Source: Hyaloraphidium curvatum SAG 235-1
Taxonomy: Eukaryota > Fungi > Monoblepharomycota
Direction of reading: 5' to 3'
Assembly: GCA_025558095.1 (NCBI GenBank)
Contig: JAIVFI010000012.1
Span: forward strand, 372,001 to 436,000
DNA length: 64,000 bases
Shown here: positions 12,201 to 24,100 of the stretch, in pieces
Position numbering within the stretch: the first letter of the stretch is position 1
How the letters are laid out: each line of letters begins with the position of its first letter
Position numbers and translations under genes: made by a program
The notes under the pieces: generated by a model
Told to the model about the DNA's origin: nothing
The model's database searches: none
The model's input: only the letters and a program-made list of their open reading frames with translations

Positions 12201-14551
12201 CTCCCCGCTTCCAAGGCTCTCAGATGTTGCGGCTATTCGGAAAATGGTGCAACCCAAATCAAAGACGTCCTTGCTGAATGGGAACGCGGAACGGTCCTCG
12301 CTGAGAGGGAGGAACCCGCTGGGGCTCCTGTAGACTCCAGACGCGACTTCCGGGACATCCAGCGACTGCGCCGAATCCTTGATGGATGAGGACAGACAGT
12401 TCACGGCCTCAAACGTGCTCAGTGGGTCCACGAAATCCAAGGCTTCGACGCTGCCAGGCTTCCTCGGGCTCGGCGGGCTGAATGAATCCGCAAAAGCTTC
12501 AATCAATGCGTCGCGCAAGACTGGCGATTGCGGAACCTCCGTCAGCGGTGATCCCGGAAGTTGAGGTGGTGGATCATCCGGCGTCGGCTTGCTCAGCGAC
12601 CGCTGATGCCTCATCACGAAGCCGCCGACTGTCGAAGACGAGTTGCGGTTGTGTCCTTTCCTGGTAGCTTCCGGGGGGCTATTCAGCACGCTCACTGGCG
12701 GACTGCCCCGGCGAGATAGCGGCGCCGGTGGTGCAATGGATAGAGCAGCAAAAGCGTTCAAGAATCTGTCGCGAACAGTAAGTTCCCTCGGATTGTCTGG
12801 CTCGCCCAGCAAGGCCGAGGCCGAATCCGTGGAGCGGTCGTTCAACGCACGCCGCTTCGGATGGGGCGAAGCAAACAGCTGGTGGATGCCGTGCTTTACA
12901 AGCCTGTCCGGACTCGCTGCCGCGGCGGTCAGGGGCAAGGCCAGGTTCTTGGCCACCACCGCAGCTTCCCCCGTGAGCTTGTAGCCGAACGTCAGGTCGA
13001 TCCACTCGTGCAGACGCTCCGAAACTCGATCGCTCTCCAGCGCAGCTCTATGCAAGCGCACGAACTCTTCCGGTGAAGAAGCCCACTGAGGCAGCTGCAG
13101 ATCCGGCATGTCGCCGTGGGTCGACGTGAAGATAGCTGGGTCCGTGTAGAACTCGGGTATGCACTCGTCCGGGGTCCACTCGAAAACCCGGCGCACCGAT
13201 GCGGGGTACTCGTTCGGCTCGTACTTGGACCTGACAAACTTGCGCAGCACTGCAACGGGCGTCCGACGAGCGAGGTACACGAAGTATGTAACATCGCTGA
13301 GCAAATCGGTGATGTGGTGCGGCGTCGACCCTGGTGCAGCGTCGGCGAATTGAATGTCCAGCTGCTCGTCGCCTTTGTTCAGCCGATACTTGGATTTTCC
13401 CAGGTCTCGAAAGCCATCCAGTGGGGCATCCCCGCTGAAGTCCGTGACCCAAGGCATGATCGGATGCAGCGACGGATCGCCCCAATGGCGCCCAGAGCGC
13501 TTGTTGAGCTTCAGCACGTAGTCGAAGTTCGACATCTCCCCGTTGCACCATTGCTCCGTGAAATTTGCCAGTTCCGCGTCCGCATCTGCCGCTGCGCTGC
13601 GGCTCGGCCGGGCGAAACACTGACGTTCCCAACCGACAACCCTGATCCAGAGGTTCTGATCCACGAGAACGTCGGCCGCCGAGAAACTCCCGTGACAAAG
13701 ACCGCGACCACTGTGCATCTCCGAGAACGAAGCGAGCAATTGCTTGATGATCAGAGCACGCTTCGTTGTGGAAGAGCCGATTGCGTGCGCGTGAAAGTTC
13801 AGCACGTCCTCGAGAGTGTGCTCGGCGTAGGGCGTGAAGAGAAAATGGTAGCGTTCCGTGGACACGGCGAGAACGATCGTGTCCACGTTCGGGTGCCGCT
13901 TCGAGCTGGCGCCGCGACCCCGAGGCACCAATATGAGGGCTCCGGCGGAGTCCCTGACAAAATGACGCGCGTGTCCAGCGTAAATGTCTAGAACTTTGGC
14001 AAACCAGTCCTGCGGAGCCGAAGGTGAGACAAGTACGGCTCGGAACATCCGCTACATACCTCGTCCGACAGTCCCTCGTGCGTCTCGGCCACTTCCACGC
14101 CGTTTGATTCGCTGAACTCTTCCACACAGGTGTCGAAACGGGGACTCGTCCCCCCGATTCCTTCCAGATCGCGGAGATGCTGCTTCAAGGAAAAGGCGCG
14201 CGGGCCGTCCCCTGCAGCGTCCGTGGACGCCACGAAACGCCTCACCGTCGGCCGGTCCCGACTAGAGCGTTCCAAAATCGTGACTAATGCCAGGTCTGGG
14301 AGGTCCGAGTCGCCCCGAAACGCGTCCGTTCCGCTGCCGTCCGAGATGTCTTCGCTGGCCGCTCCTTCTCCACGCGCGGCCGATGCCGATGCCGCCTTCA
14401 CAACGTCCCGCCAATCATCATCGACGATACAGCATGCTACGGCGCCGTGCACCCCCGTTCCCGACCTCAGAAAGGCAACCGAGATACCCAGCTCCCGCAG
14501 CACGACGGTGCGAACGCCCTCGGTGAGGGGCTGCCAGGAAACGTCGCCCAT
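9224..14551 (-). CDS. WDR81: WDR81-like BEACH / kinase-like / WD40 protein
   Basis: BEACH motifs SNFDYVLKLN..SGR..GDPSLHPIMPWVTDF, FRDLGKSKYRLNKGDEQLD, EWTPDECIPEFY, LHEWIDLTFGYKL; C-terminal WD40 repeats (GHSSRV..., GSRDRTVKLW); exons in ORFs 13988..14551, 9906..14048, 9108..9866. Confidence 0.88.
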
Positions 14552-14798
14552 CTGCGGATCCTCTCAGTCCAGAGGAACCAATCAGACGCGATTCCGAACT
14601 CCGGGCAGCTTCATCTCGCGTCAGACGCCGAAAAGCGCGCCGAGCCTTGGCGGTGTCTCAAAACTACTGTCTCAAAACCGCGCGCGGCCGGCCGCGCCCC
14701 CCCCGCTCGCGAAGCCCGCCCTCGCGCACGAGCATCCGGATGCGCTGATCTACGAAGCTACGGGACTACGGAACATTCCATGCGAGTGCACAGCTGGG

Positions 14799-17687
14799 AT
14801 GAAGCGGCGCAAGGAGGCCCTCGCCATGGTCTTGGCGGCGCTGGTCGGCACGTTCCTCTTTTACTTGGGACGCAGCGAGGATGGCCACATCGGGGACATC
14901 GTACATTCTCGAAGCGTCTCCGAGGACGCGAGGAGCTTCGTGGAAGCCCTGCGGGCCGAACCTCCACTGCTGTCGGCCTTTCGCCAATCCAGTCTTGCTT
15001 CGTTGCTCCGCTGGCCCAATAGCGAGGCTGTCGGTACCGACAGCCACACAATGGGCGGCGAAAACGGCGACGTGGGCTACTACAAAATGATAAGCCATGA
15101 CCGTCGCTGGGCCCCCATCTACGAGGACCGTGGAGCTGGACTTGTCGGGACCATCTGGATGGCGCAAAGCAGGGCGGAGCTGGATTGGAACGTATCCACG
15201 ATACGGATCGTGATCGAAGTCGACGGGAGGGAAGTCGTCAACACCCTCGTCGGCGACATACAGGCGGCGATGGGCTCGTCCGCGCTGTTCCGATTCCCCA
15301 TGACGGGCCACAGAGAGAATCCGTATTGGAACGGCGTGTTCATCAAGATTCCGATCGCTTACAAGAAGCTGTGTCGCATCATCGTCAACGTCGCTCACGG
15401 ACGGCCGCAGCCTGCAGATTACTACGACCCAAGTATGGCAGTCCTTTTCGCGGCACTCCGGCGGCTTACCGGCGGACGCATTTAGTGACGACGCCCCTGT
15501 ACTACGAGGTCATTGCCTCCAAGCACCGCCCGCAATCTCCTGGCGAGTTTCCCCTGACGCTTCCAACTTTCACGGCCGAAGAGGACTCCCAGGCCCTCGT
15601 TGACTTCCTGAGCCGGCGCCTCCCCCGGATTTGCCAGACGTACGTCAACAACAGCTTCGAAGCGGTGCTTTCACGCGAGAAATCGACGTTCGAGATGGAC
15701 GCCCAGACCGTGGGCGGGGGCACGACAAACGGGGGGTTCGTGCAGGCCTTCGGGTTCCAGATTTCCTGCCGCGGCTGCGATAGGATCCGCCGCAGCCACC
15801 TGCGCTCGGTGCGGCTGCAGATCACCTTTGACGGCGCGGAATCGCCGCAGGTGGATGCCCCGCTCGGGCTCCTTTTCGGACGTGGGTGCTTCCCCCGACG
15901 ATGAAGCACCATGGTCTGAAGCTCCCCCTATCTCTAGTGTCGGAGGGCGAACACCGCAACCCCTGGTCTGAGGTCACCACGGGCCCGTCGTGGGTCTTTC
16001 GCCTCTGGCAGAACGGGTCGTCCAACACGACCGCACTCGGGTGGGCCGACTTCCTCATGCCGTTCTTCCGCACCATGCGGATCCGCATGGTCCTCGCCGG
16101 GGACGCGCGGGACGGGGTCTCGGTCAAGGGCCGGTTCGAGGTCGCGCCGATCGCCTTCCTGCTCGACGTCCTGCACCTCGTCGCGAACCGCAGCTCCGCG
16201 GTCCCGATCGAGAAGGACCTGGGGCACTTCAACCTGGCCGTGCGGGGCGGGATCGCCGATGCGTACGACAGGGAGGACTTCATCGGGGCCAACGTGAGCT
16301 CGTGGGGCAACCTGGTGCACCAGGTGGCCTTCGTCGAGATGAACGGGACCGCGCATTCGCCCGAGGGCAGGAAGGATCCGTCCTGGTGCGTGCCTGCTTG
16401 CAGCCCTTTGGGGTGGGAGCTTACTTTTGCCCGGGCCTCGGCAGGGAGTCCGATGCGCGCCTCATGATCGACGGGCGCGAGACACCGTTCTTCTGGTACA
16501 CCGGAGTGGAGGGTGGGTCTGGTGCTGCACCCGGCCTCACGGATGGTCTTTGCTCACACCGGTCGCAGATTATGCCTTTACCGCGCACACGATGACCCAC
16601 TTCAGCGACCCCGGCTACCCGCTCTTTGGGGCTCCGAGCCGGTACGCGCTGTCCTGGGCCAGCTTCATGTACACCATGTACAGCACGCAGTACGTCGACT
16701 TCCTCCCCTTCCAATCCAGTTTCCAGCTCAGCTGGATGCACGGGCAAAACTGGGCCGACAACGACTCGTACCCGTGGGCTGAGCGCCACAACAACTACGA
16801 GACGGTGAAGTTCGACCAGGCCATTTTCTTTTACGGGAGACCGGAGCAGAAGGTTGGTCCGCCTCGGGGGCGAGGCATTGTTCTTGCTGACCTTTCTCTC
16901 GCGTGGATTGCAGAACACGCTCATCTTGACCGACACGCTGCAGATCGGGGACGCCAAGTCCGAGTCGAGCCACCGGCACCGCATCCGCGGCGCATTCGCC
17001 ATGCAGACCCTGCGGTCGATGTTCGAAGGCATCCACGACCGGAGGCGGATCGAGCACCCGACGCGGGTGATCCTGCCCGTGGCGTGCCCTCCGAACATGC
17101 AGCGCGACGCCGGGTCGGATTTCGTGCTGCGGCGGAGCGGATCGTACCCCGAGGAGCTGTCGCGCGGGGGTCTGCGGGAGGCGTGCGTGGTGGCCGAGAT
17201 CGAGTTCCGCGTGGCGATCGATCCTGCCAACCGGGGCGTCGTCATCCGCCGGACGCTGGACTACTACCACATCGACCAGCACGCGCAGGTCTGGATCGAC
17301 GGCGTGCGGGCGCCCGACTGGCTCACGCTGGGGTGCAACCGCAAGCTGCGGTGGCGGGAGGAGGACTACCGCGTGGAGCCGCGGTTCAGCGCCGGCAAGA
17401 GCCGGCTGGACGTGCGGCTGCGGGTGCTCAAGTACCGGCGGCCGCCCAACGCCGCGTGCGAGGGCACGTTCGACCACGAACGGGACTGGGACGAGGCGAG
17501 CCTACGGGCGCTGTTGCCGCCCGAGGACCGCGACGTCGTGACTGTAGCGCCCGACCACGTCAACGATCCGCCGCCGCCGCCCGAACCGTGGTTGACGCGG
17601 CCAGAGCACAAGGTGCTCAGCTACGCTACCGCGATGTCGTTCAGCCCGTGGACGGACGTGATGTACCGCGTTTTCTCTGTCATGTAA
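14799..17687 (+). CDS. GH172/DUF2961-like glycoside hydrolase with N-terminal signal anchor, paralog A (6 exons)
   Basis: DUF2961-type motifs after splicing: LQITFDGAESPQVDAPLGLLFG, MPFFRTMRI, W-ESDARLMIDG...YTGVE-DY, DFLPFQSSFQLSWMHG, C-terminal NRGVVIRRTLD...QHAQVWIDG; N-terminal KRRK plus hydrophobic anchor; five GT-AG introns keep the frame. Confidence 0.7.
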
Positions 17688-17767
17688 GGAGGCGGATCGG
17701 GATTTGTAAAAGCGGGGCTCGGCTTCCTCGCATGACGGGGTATTCTCCGCGGGCGGCACACGTCACG

Positions 17768-19636
17768 CTACGCCGCGACGCCGTCCATCCCCCTCTCTTT
17801 CATCCCCGCGATCCCGCGCAGCCCGCCCGCCCCCGCCCACGCCGCCTTCCGCAGCAGCAGCGGCCCCGCGGCGGCCGCCGCGTACACGTCCGCCGCGTCG
17901 GCCCCGCACGCCGGCCCCGGCACCGCGAACATGCGCGGCCCCGCCGACAGCGCTTGCAGCATGTGCCGCGCGCACGGCTCGTCCGTCCGCCCGCGCGGCA
18001 GGTACACCACGCCCGCCGCCGCCACCCACACGCCCAGGTCCTCCAGCTCCCCCGGCTGCGCCTCCCGATCGAGCGCGACGTGCACGGCCCTCGGCCCGGG
18101 GCGGTTGCGCAGCGCGAGCAAGACGTCCGAGTGCACCCGCGCCCCGGGCGCCGTGACCACCACGAGCTCCAGCTGTTGGAGCACCGGCAGCTCCTCCAGC
18201 GGCACGCCGCCGGGCCTGCCCACCACGACGGCGGCGAGCGACGAGCTCCAGTTCCCGCGGGAATACACGGTCCTGTGCTTCGGGAGCGGCGGCGGCGATG
18301 CGGGCTCCCGCGCCAGCTCCTCGGCGTGCACCCGTGCCAGCCTGTCCGCCTCGGCCGCGTCGCCGGCCTTGCGCGCCGCGGCGGACCGGAACACCAGGGA
18401 AAGCAGGATCGCCCTCCGCTCGGGCGAGTACCGCCAGAGCACCGCGCCCCTTGCCCTGCGCCCCATCTTGCGCCTCAGGCCGGCATCCCCGAGCAGCGCC
18501 TCGATCCGGGCGTACCACCCGTCCGCCCGGCCCGTGCCGGCGAGGAACCCCGTCCGCCCGTCGGCGATGGCCGCGCGGAAGGGGCCCACGGGGGACGCGA
18601 CGGTCGGCACGCGGACCAGCGCGGCGTCGAAGAACTTGAGCTCCGACTTTGCGGCCGTGAAGGGGTTGTCGGGCTGCAGGGGCGCAAGGTTGACGTCGAA
18701 GCGGCAGAGCTCCGAGGGCAGGGCGGCCAGCGGGACCGGCGGGCGCGGTTCCAGCTGGGACGTGAGGTTGGCCAGGGCGGGGAACTCCGAGGCGTTGAGG
18801 TAGGGCGCAAAGTAGGCGAAACGCACGTCCGGGCGGGCGCGGAGGATGCGGGCGACGGCGGGGAGCGCCTCGTTGAAGTCGCGCTGGTGCGTGAGGGTGC
18901 CCGGCGCGTAGCCGATGCGCAGCCCGGGGCCGCGGCCGCAGCCGCCGCCAAACAGGGCCTGGTTGCTGGCCTCCAAAAACGCCCGGTCGAACGTGTTGGG
19001 CACCACGAAGGCGGTCACGTTGCGCCGGCGCATCGCGGCGGCGAGGCCCTCGGTGGTCGTGACGGCAAAGTCGGCCAGCGCCAGGGCCTTTGCAAAGAGG
19101 CGAGCAACGCCCTTCCACCCCTCGATGTCCTGGGGCGCGTACGTGCGCAGAAAGTCCAGGTACCGCGCATCGATCATGTCCGGGTCCAGGAGCAGGTCGT
19201 CGATGTCGTAGAAGACGACGGCGCCGCCCTCGCGCGCGGCATGCACGACGGTCTCCAGCCCCTTGCAGTGGAGGTTGCGGAACACGACCAGCACGGCTGC
19301 GGTCCGCGCCACCTCTGCGACCGGGGCGGGGTCGTCGCGCACCTCGAGTGCGCCGAATATTTCCGTCGCGTAGCCTGCGATGCGAGCGGCCTCTGCGGCG
19401 CGGAACACGCGGAACTGCGAGCCCGTGAAGTCGAGGCTCTCCTCGCCGACGAACACGACGAGCGGGCGCGGCGGGGCGGGCGGCGGGTCGGCGGGCGGGG
19501 CGGGCGGCGGGGCGGCAGCGGCGCCGGCCGGCTCGTGCCCCGCCGCGGGGCCGCGGGGGAGGAGCCCGCGGGAGAGGGAGGCCACGGCCACGGCCACGGC
19601 AACAGCGAGCAGCACCGCGCGGCGCCGCGGCCACAT
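17768..19636 (-). CDS. Bacterial-type GT-B (GT4-like) glycosyltransferase with signal anchor and Pro-rich stem, intronless
   Basis: VFYDIDDLL, VVPNTFD, LRIGYAPGTLTHQRDF, FDVNLAPL..NPFTAAKSELKFFDAALVRVPTVASP, DGRTGFLA; start MWPRRRAVLLAVAVAVAV. Confidence 0.85.
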   Translation of the reverse strand: MWPRRRAVLLAVAVAVAVASLSRGLLPRGPAAGHEPAGAAAAPPPAPPADPPPAPPRPLVVFVGEESLDFTGSQFRVFRAAEAARIAGYATEIFGALEVRDDPAPVAEVARTAAVLVVFRNLHCKGLETVVHAAREGGAVVFYDIDDLLLDPDMIDARYLDFLRTYAPQDIEGWKGVARLFAKALALADFAVTTTEGLAAAMRRRNVTAFVVPNTFDRAFLEASNQALFGGGCGRGPGLRIGYAPGTLTHQRDFNEALPAVARILRARPDVRFAYFAPYLNASEFPALANLTSQLEPRPPVPLAALPSELCRFDVNLAPLQPDNPFTAAKSELKFFDAALVRVPTVASPVGPFRAAIADGRTGFLAGTGRADGWYARIEALLGDAGLRRKMGRRARGAVLWRYSPERRAILLSLVFRSAAARKAGDAAEADRLARVHAEELAREPASPPPLPKHRTVYSRGNWSSSLAAVVVGRPGGVPLEELPVLQQLELVVVTAPGARVHSDVLLALRNRPGPRAVHVALDREAQPGELEDLGVWVAAAGVVYLPRGRTDEPCARHMLQALSAGPRMFAVPGPACGADAADVYAAAAAGPLLLRKAAWAGAGGLRGIAGMKERGMDGVAA

Positions 19637-19768
19637 CCGCCCGGCGCCGCCCCACCGCCCGTCCGCCGTGGGGCCCGGCATTCCCTCGATGCCGAGGCAC
19701 CGGGCGACAGTAAAGGGACTTGGGTGGAAGTGTCAAGTCACGGTGGGGTACAAACCATCCATCCGCCG

Positions 19769-20734
19769 ATGGCCATCTCGGCGGCGGCGGGCCCGGCGGC
19801 CGCCCTGCTGGCCGTGCTACTCGTGTTTTTCGCCGCGATTGGCCCGTCCGCGGGGCCCGAAGCCCCGCCGGCCGCGTGCCGCAACTGGACCGCCGGCCCG
19901 CTGCACGCCTGCCTGCTCGTGCGCTCCTACGGCGCCCAGCTGCCCTCGATCCCGCAGTTCCTCTCCTCGCTCGCGCTCAGCTCGGTGCCGCTGACCGCGA
20001 TGTATTCGCTGACCGACGCCGGCACCGATCACGCCGCGTTCGAACGCGCCGCGCGCGGGTATGCGGGGCGCGTGCTCGGCTGCCCGCAGATGGTCCGCGT
20101 GCTGCCGCCGCTCCTCGACGTCGGCCGCGGGGTGCGCCAGAGGGACATACAACCGCTCCTGGATCGCACCCTGAACGCGTCGTACCCCGATTACGGCTAC
20201 TCGGTGACGGATGCCGCGCTGGACGCCATCCTCGGGGAGGACAATGCGGGCGGCCTGGCCGCCGAGCTCAACTGCTCGCACCTCATCCTCACCAACGGGG
20301 ACAACCTGTACGCCACGGGCTTCCTGGACCACCTGCAGCCGTGGCTGGACCGCGACATCGTCGGCTTCGACTTCAGCTCGCGGTACGACCGCGGGGAATG
20401 GCACGGATTCATCCCCGGCCCGGACGTCGTGGGCGGCGGCCCCAGCGGTCCCCTCTTTGCCGCCTTCATGGTCGGCGCCATCGACCTTGGCGCCGCCGTC
20501 TTCCGCGTGCCCTTCCTCCGCGCGCAGAGGCTGCGCCCCGACGGCACGGGCCCGCCGCTGCGCATGCTCCGCAACATGGCGCGGAGGTTCCAGATCGGTC
20601 TGGTCGCGCACACCAACTACCCGCGCTGGGTGTGGCTGGAGGAGACGGACGGGCACTTCATCGCCGAGCTGGCGGCCAGGGCGGGCGAAGGGCGCAGGGC
20701 GATCGTGCGGAGGTTGCTCATGTTCCACCAGTGA
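19769..20734 (+). CDS. Secreted/anchored GT-A (GT2-like) protein, intronless
   Basis: C-terminal 321 aa of ORF 16427..20734 from MAISAAAGPAAALLAVLLVFF; motifs DYGYSVTDAAL, LILTNGDNLY (NxD), IDLGAAVFR, DGHFI. Confidence 0.65.
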   Translation: MAISAAAGPAAALLAVLLVFFAAIGPSAGPEAPPAACRNWTAGPLHACLLVRSYGAQLPSIPQFLSSLALSSVPLTAMYSLTDAGTDHAAFERAARGYAGRVLGCPQMVRVLPPLLDVGRGVRQRDIQPLLDRTLNASYPDYGYSVTDAALDAILGEDNAGGLAAELNCSHLILTNGDNLYATGFLDHLQPWLDRDIVGFDFSSRYDRGEWHGFIPGPDVVGGGPSGPLFAAFMVGAIDLGAAVFRVPFLRAQRLRPDGTGPPLRMLRNMARRFQIGLVAHTNYPRWVWLEETDGHFIAELAARAGEGRRAIVRRLLMFHQ

Positions 20735-20865
20735 TCGTGGGCGGAGGCGGACGCCTGATCCGTTTATCCAGGAGCAGCAGCAGTTGTATGCGTCGGGCAC
20801 GGCCAACCGTTCGACGCAGCGGGCCATCCGACCGTCCACGTCGACGTCGCTGCCCTCCGCACCGT

Positions 20866-20896
20866 GCCAGATCCTCGCCAAGCCAGATCCTCGCCA
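20866..20896 (+). repeat. 15-bp direct repeat GCCAGATCCTCGCCA x2 separated by one A
   Basis: Copies at 20866-20880 and 20882-20896. Confidence 0.9.
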
Positions 20897-20929
20897 TGGC
20901 GCGTTTGAGGTTGTGGAGAGATGTGTTGC

Positions 20930-21124
20930 ATTGTGTCGCGCGTCCCTAGTCCGCTTCCAACTACAAATCGGAATGCTGAGATCCTCGAGAATCCCGACTG
21001 TAAGCGGCCAATGAGATCCCATCGTTCACCGAGCTCGGTCCTAGGGTATGCCAGCCCTCGCGAGCCGCCGTCGGTCGATGGGAGTTCTGAAGAGTTGAAG
21101 GCTACCCAGATGATGGGTGCAGTT
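20930..21124 (-). ncRNA. Candidate Fanzor omegaRNA (scaffold plus guide read from the flank)
   Basis: Directly after the Fanzor stop (21125) and running into the element end. Hairpins closed by TCCCATCG/CGATGGGA (21017-21083) and CCGCTT/AAGCGG (20951-21007), both with inner stems. Possible pseudoknot CCCTAG/CTAGGG (21041-21046 with 20944-20949). Confidence 0.6.
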
Positions 21125-24100
21125 CTACGACAAGCGCCTCAGGCCCGGGGGCCGCCCCGTCTGTTCCACGTCGATCCCCGGCGCCGTGCGCCACTGCCAG
21201 AGGCGCCACTCGTAAAGGCGGAGCATGTTCAGCGACGCGTTCACGTCGCGGTGGATGTGGTCGACGGGGCAGGCGGGGTTGAAGCACCTTTGGGGGCGTC
21301 AGATCGAGAAAAGCAGCAGAAGCCAGCACACTCACCAGCGCACATACCAGGGTTTTTTGGTCGGGATGACCATCGGTACGTGCCACTTGCGCTCCTCCGC
21401 CTGCTCCCCTTCCGCCACCACCGGAGGCCGGTACGTCGGCTCCAGCTCCTTGGGCATCTGCCGGCACCTCCGCGTGTCCAGGCTCCACTGGTCGCACGAG
21501 TGGCAGCACTTGCTCGTGCCGTACTCGTCCTCCATGACGACCACGACGTCAGACCGTGCCTCCAGCAGCGCGATGAGCTTCTTGAACGGGCCGCGCATCT
21601 GCTTCTTGATCCAGGACATGCTGCCGACTTTGGCGTTACCCCAAACGATCACGTAGCGCTCCGGCAAACGATTCCCGCCGGCGCGCTTCCTCCTTTTGCT
21701 CCTGAACCACCGGCGCCAGCCTTTCCGGTTCCGCCGCGCCGCCTTGGTCTCCACGGTTTTCGGCGAACCGGTCTTGCTCTCATGCTCCATCGCGAGCAGC
21801 TCCTGCGCCATGCGTTCCAGGGCGATCTGTTTGCCGCGGTAGTTCTGGAAACGCTCGTCCCGGAACTCGCTGTAGAAGCGGACCAGCGTATCGAGATGCG
21901 TGAGGATGTACATGTTGCGGCGGTGGATGTCGTCGACGGCGGTGATCGTGCTCGCGGGGATGGCGTTGATGATGTTCTGGATCGAGACTGGCCCGGCGGC
22001 CGTGGTCACGTGCATCGTCTTTGTCAGGGCTTCCTGCTGCCGTTTGCGCTTTCTCACGCCAGACTCGTAGTGATACTGCTTGAACGAGTAGAACAAGACC
22101 TTGCTCCGAGCCTCGCCATCCTCCGTGCGCCGAGCCAGCGTGAAGCCGCCCGGTCCGGGGTCCAGACCCTGGACGTGCAGCTTGATCTCGCCGCGCCTCG
22201 CCTGGTCCTCGAACTGCACCGCCCGCTCCATGCCCCTGCGTAGGCCCGCGTGGAAGGCAGCGGCGGCGGCCTCGCGGACGATCCTGGCCTCGTCATCCGC
22301 ACCACCGGCCTCGCGAGCCTCGCCTTCCGGCTCGAAGTCGTCGTTCGGCACCGCCTTGTTGAAGAGCACCGAAGCCTCGACACCATTGGAGGACACGGCG
22401 AAGGCGAAGGCGCGCGTCTTGTCCCCAACGTAGTTGTCCCTGAAGCCGCCTCGGACCTCGCGTTGCAGCAGGCTGTCCGTATCGTAGACCGCAGCCCACA
22501 GACGCCGCCGGTGGTACTCGTTGGTCTCGTCAAACTCTTCCCCGAAAGGAAAGTGATCGTCCATGACGGCTGCGTGCTCGACGGGAAACATGCGCTTGTG
22601 GCGTTTCACAACCTCCAGCAGCGCATCGAATGTAGCGACCTTGACGTGCTTGGTCTGGTAGTTGAAGTAGGGCAGGAGGGCCGAGGTGGGCGGCAAGGGC
22701 GGCTGCCACTGCGGATCAAAGGGCCCGGCAGGCACGGTAATGTCATAGAGAGCACCGATCAGGCAGTTCGACCTGTGCAGAAACCGTAGCCGCGTGTTCC
22801 AGTCCTTCACGCCGCCTTGCATCCCGTTCCTTTCGATATCGTTTTGCCGTGCCCATGCCTCCTGGAGGAACGTAACGAGCAGGACAATCGTGCCGTGCTG
22901 CAGCGTGTTCTGCACGACCGCCTTGCCCGACCGACGGTGCAGGAGAAGGTCGTTTCCGGTGTTCGCAGCGGCCTGCAATGTATCCCAGGGGATGGCGGCC
23001 GGACCTTCCCCCAACGCTATGTGCCGCGCGCTGAACTTGTGCGCACCGGTGCTCGTGATGCGGGCCACGAGGTCTTTGGCCAGCTGCGCCCTCGCCACCT
23101 TGTTGAGCACCACGGTCTCCATAATCGTCTCGAACTCCTCCTCGAACCACGACGCAAATTCCCCTCGCATGGAAACGTGGAGGTCGCGCCCGGCGCGGAC
23201 ATCACGCAGCAGCGCCTCCAGAAAGTGTGGCCCCAGCACAGCGCTTCGGTGATGCTGCATCGACGGCGTCTTCCAGCCATATGTCAGCGACTGGCCAGCG
23301 GCAACAGCCTGCTCCACGTCCTGCTCCGTCAGGTAATGATCCCCGGCCGCGGCGGTGCGGCTGAAGATTCTGAGCGGGCGGCGGCGGCTCTTGCTGGCGG
23401 AAAGGAGGCTTGAAAAAATCGCCGACTTGCGCTCGGCAGGGAGCTCCTTCTCCGGGTCGCCGTCCACCACCGCGTTCCACCAGGGAAGCTTGTCGAACCG
23501 GAGCTCGGCGACCTTGATGAAGTTGCGGTTCGCCGCGCTTTCCAGGTGCACCTCGATGTTGACTTGATAGTCCTTGAACGTCGCGTTGTAGATGTTGTCG
23601 AACTCGGAGCTGAAGTACTGGTCGATCATGCGGTCCGGCGACGCAATCCGCTGAGCCCCTGGAGCCCGAAATGCTGCGAAGCGCGCAGGGTAGCTCGCCC
23701 GAAGGCCCGGCGTGGTTCCGTCTCCCAGCCAGATGCGCTCTAAGGACCGCAAGAACTCTTCCTGTCCCTGTAAGGAATCGCTCGCCTGAATGCGTAGCTC
23801 CCCGGAGGCGCAAAGGGAAAAGACCCGGCGCAACAGCGACTGGTTGAGCTGGGGCAGCACGCGGTTATCGGTGACCCAGGCCGCCACGACCTCGTTGAGC
23901 AGCAGCGCGGCGGCGATTGCCACGGGCGTGTAGGCAAGCGCGAGCGTGTCGTGAACAGATGCGAAAGACGCGGGTGACGAGGTGCAGAGGCCCTTAATGG
24001 GGAGCTTGATGGTCGACGGAACCGTCTTGCCCGTCACCTGCTCGACGTCTTTCTTCGCCGTCGCCTTGATGGTTGGCTTGTGATACGGACACAGCCTGTT

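Noticed and set aside
16427-20734. 1435-aa ORF
   Set aside because: GC-rich read-through: off-frame over the GH172-like gene and antisense to the GT4-like gene. Only the last 321 aa (from 19769) look like a real protein.
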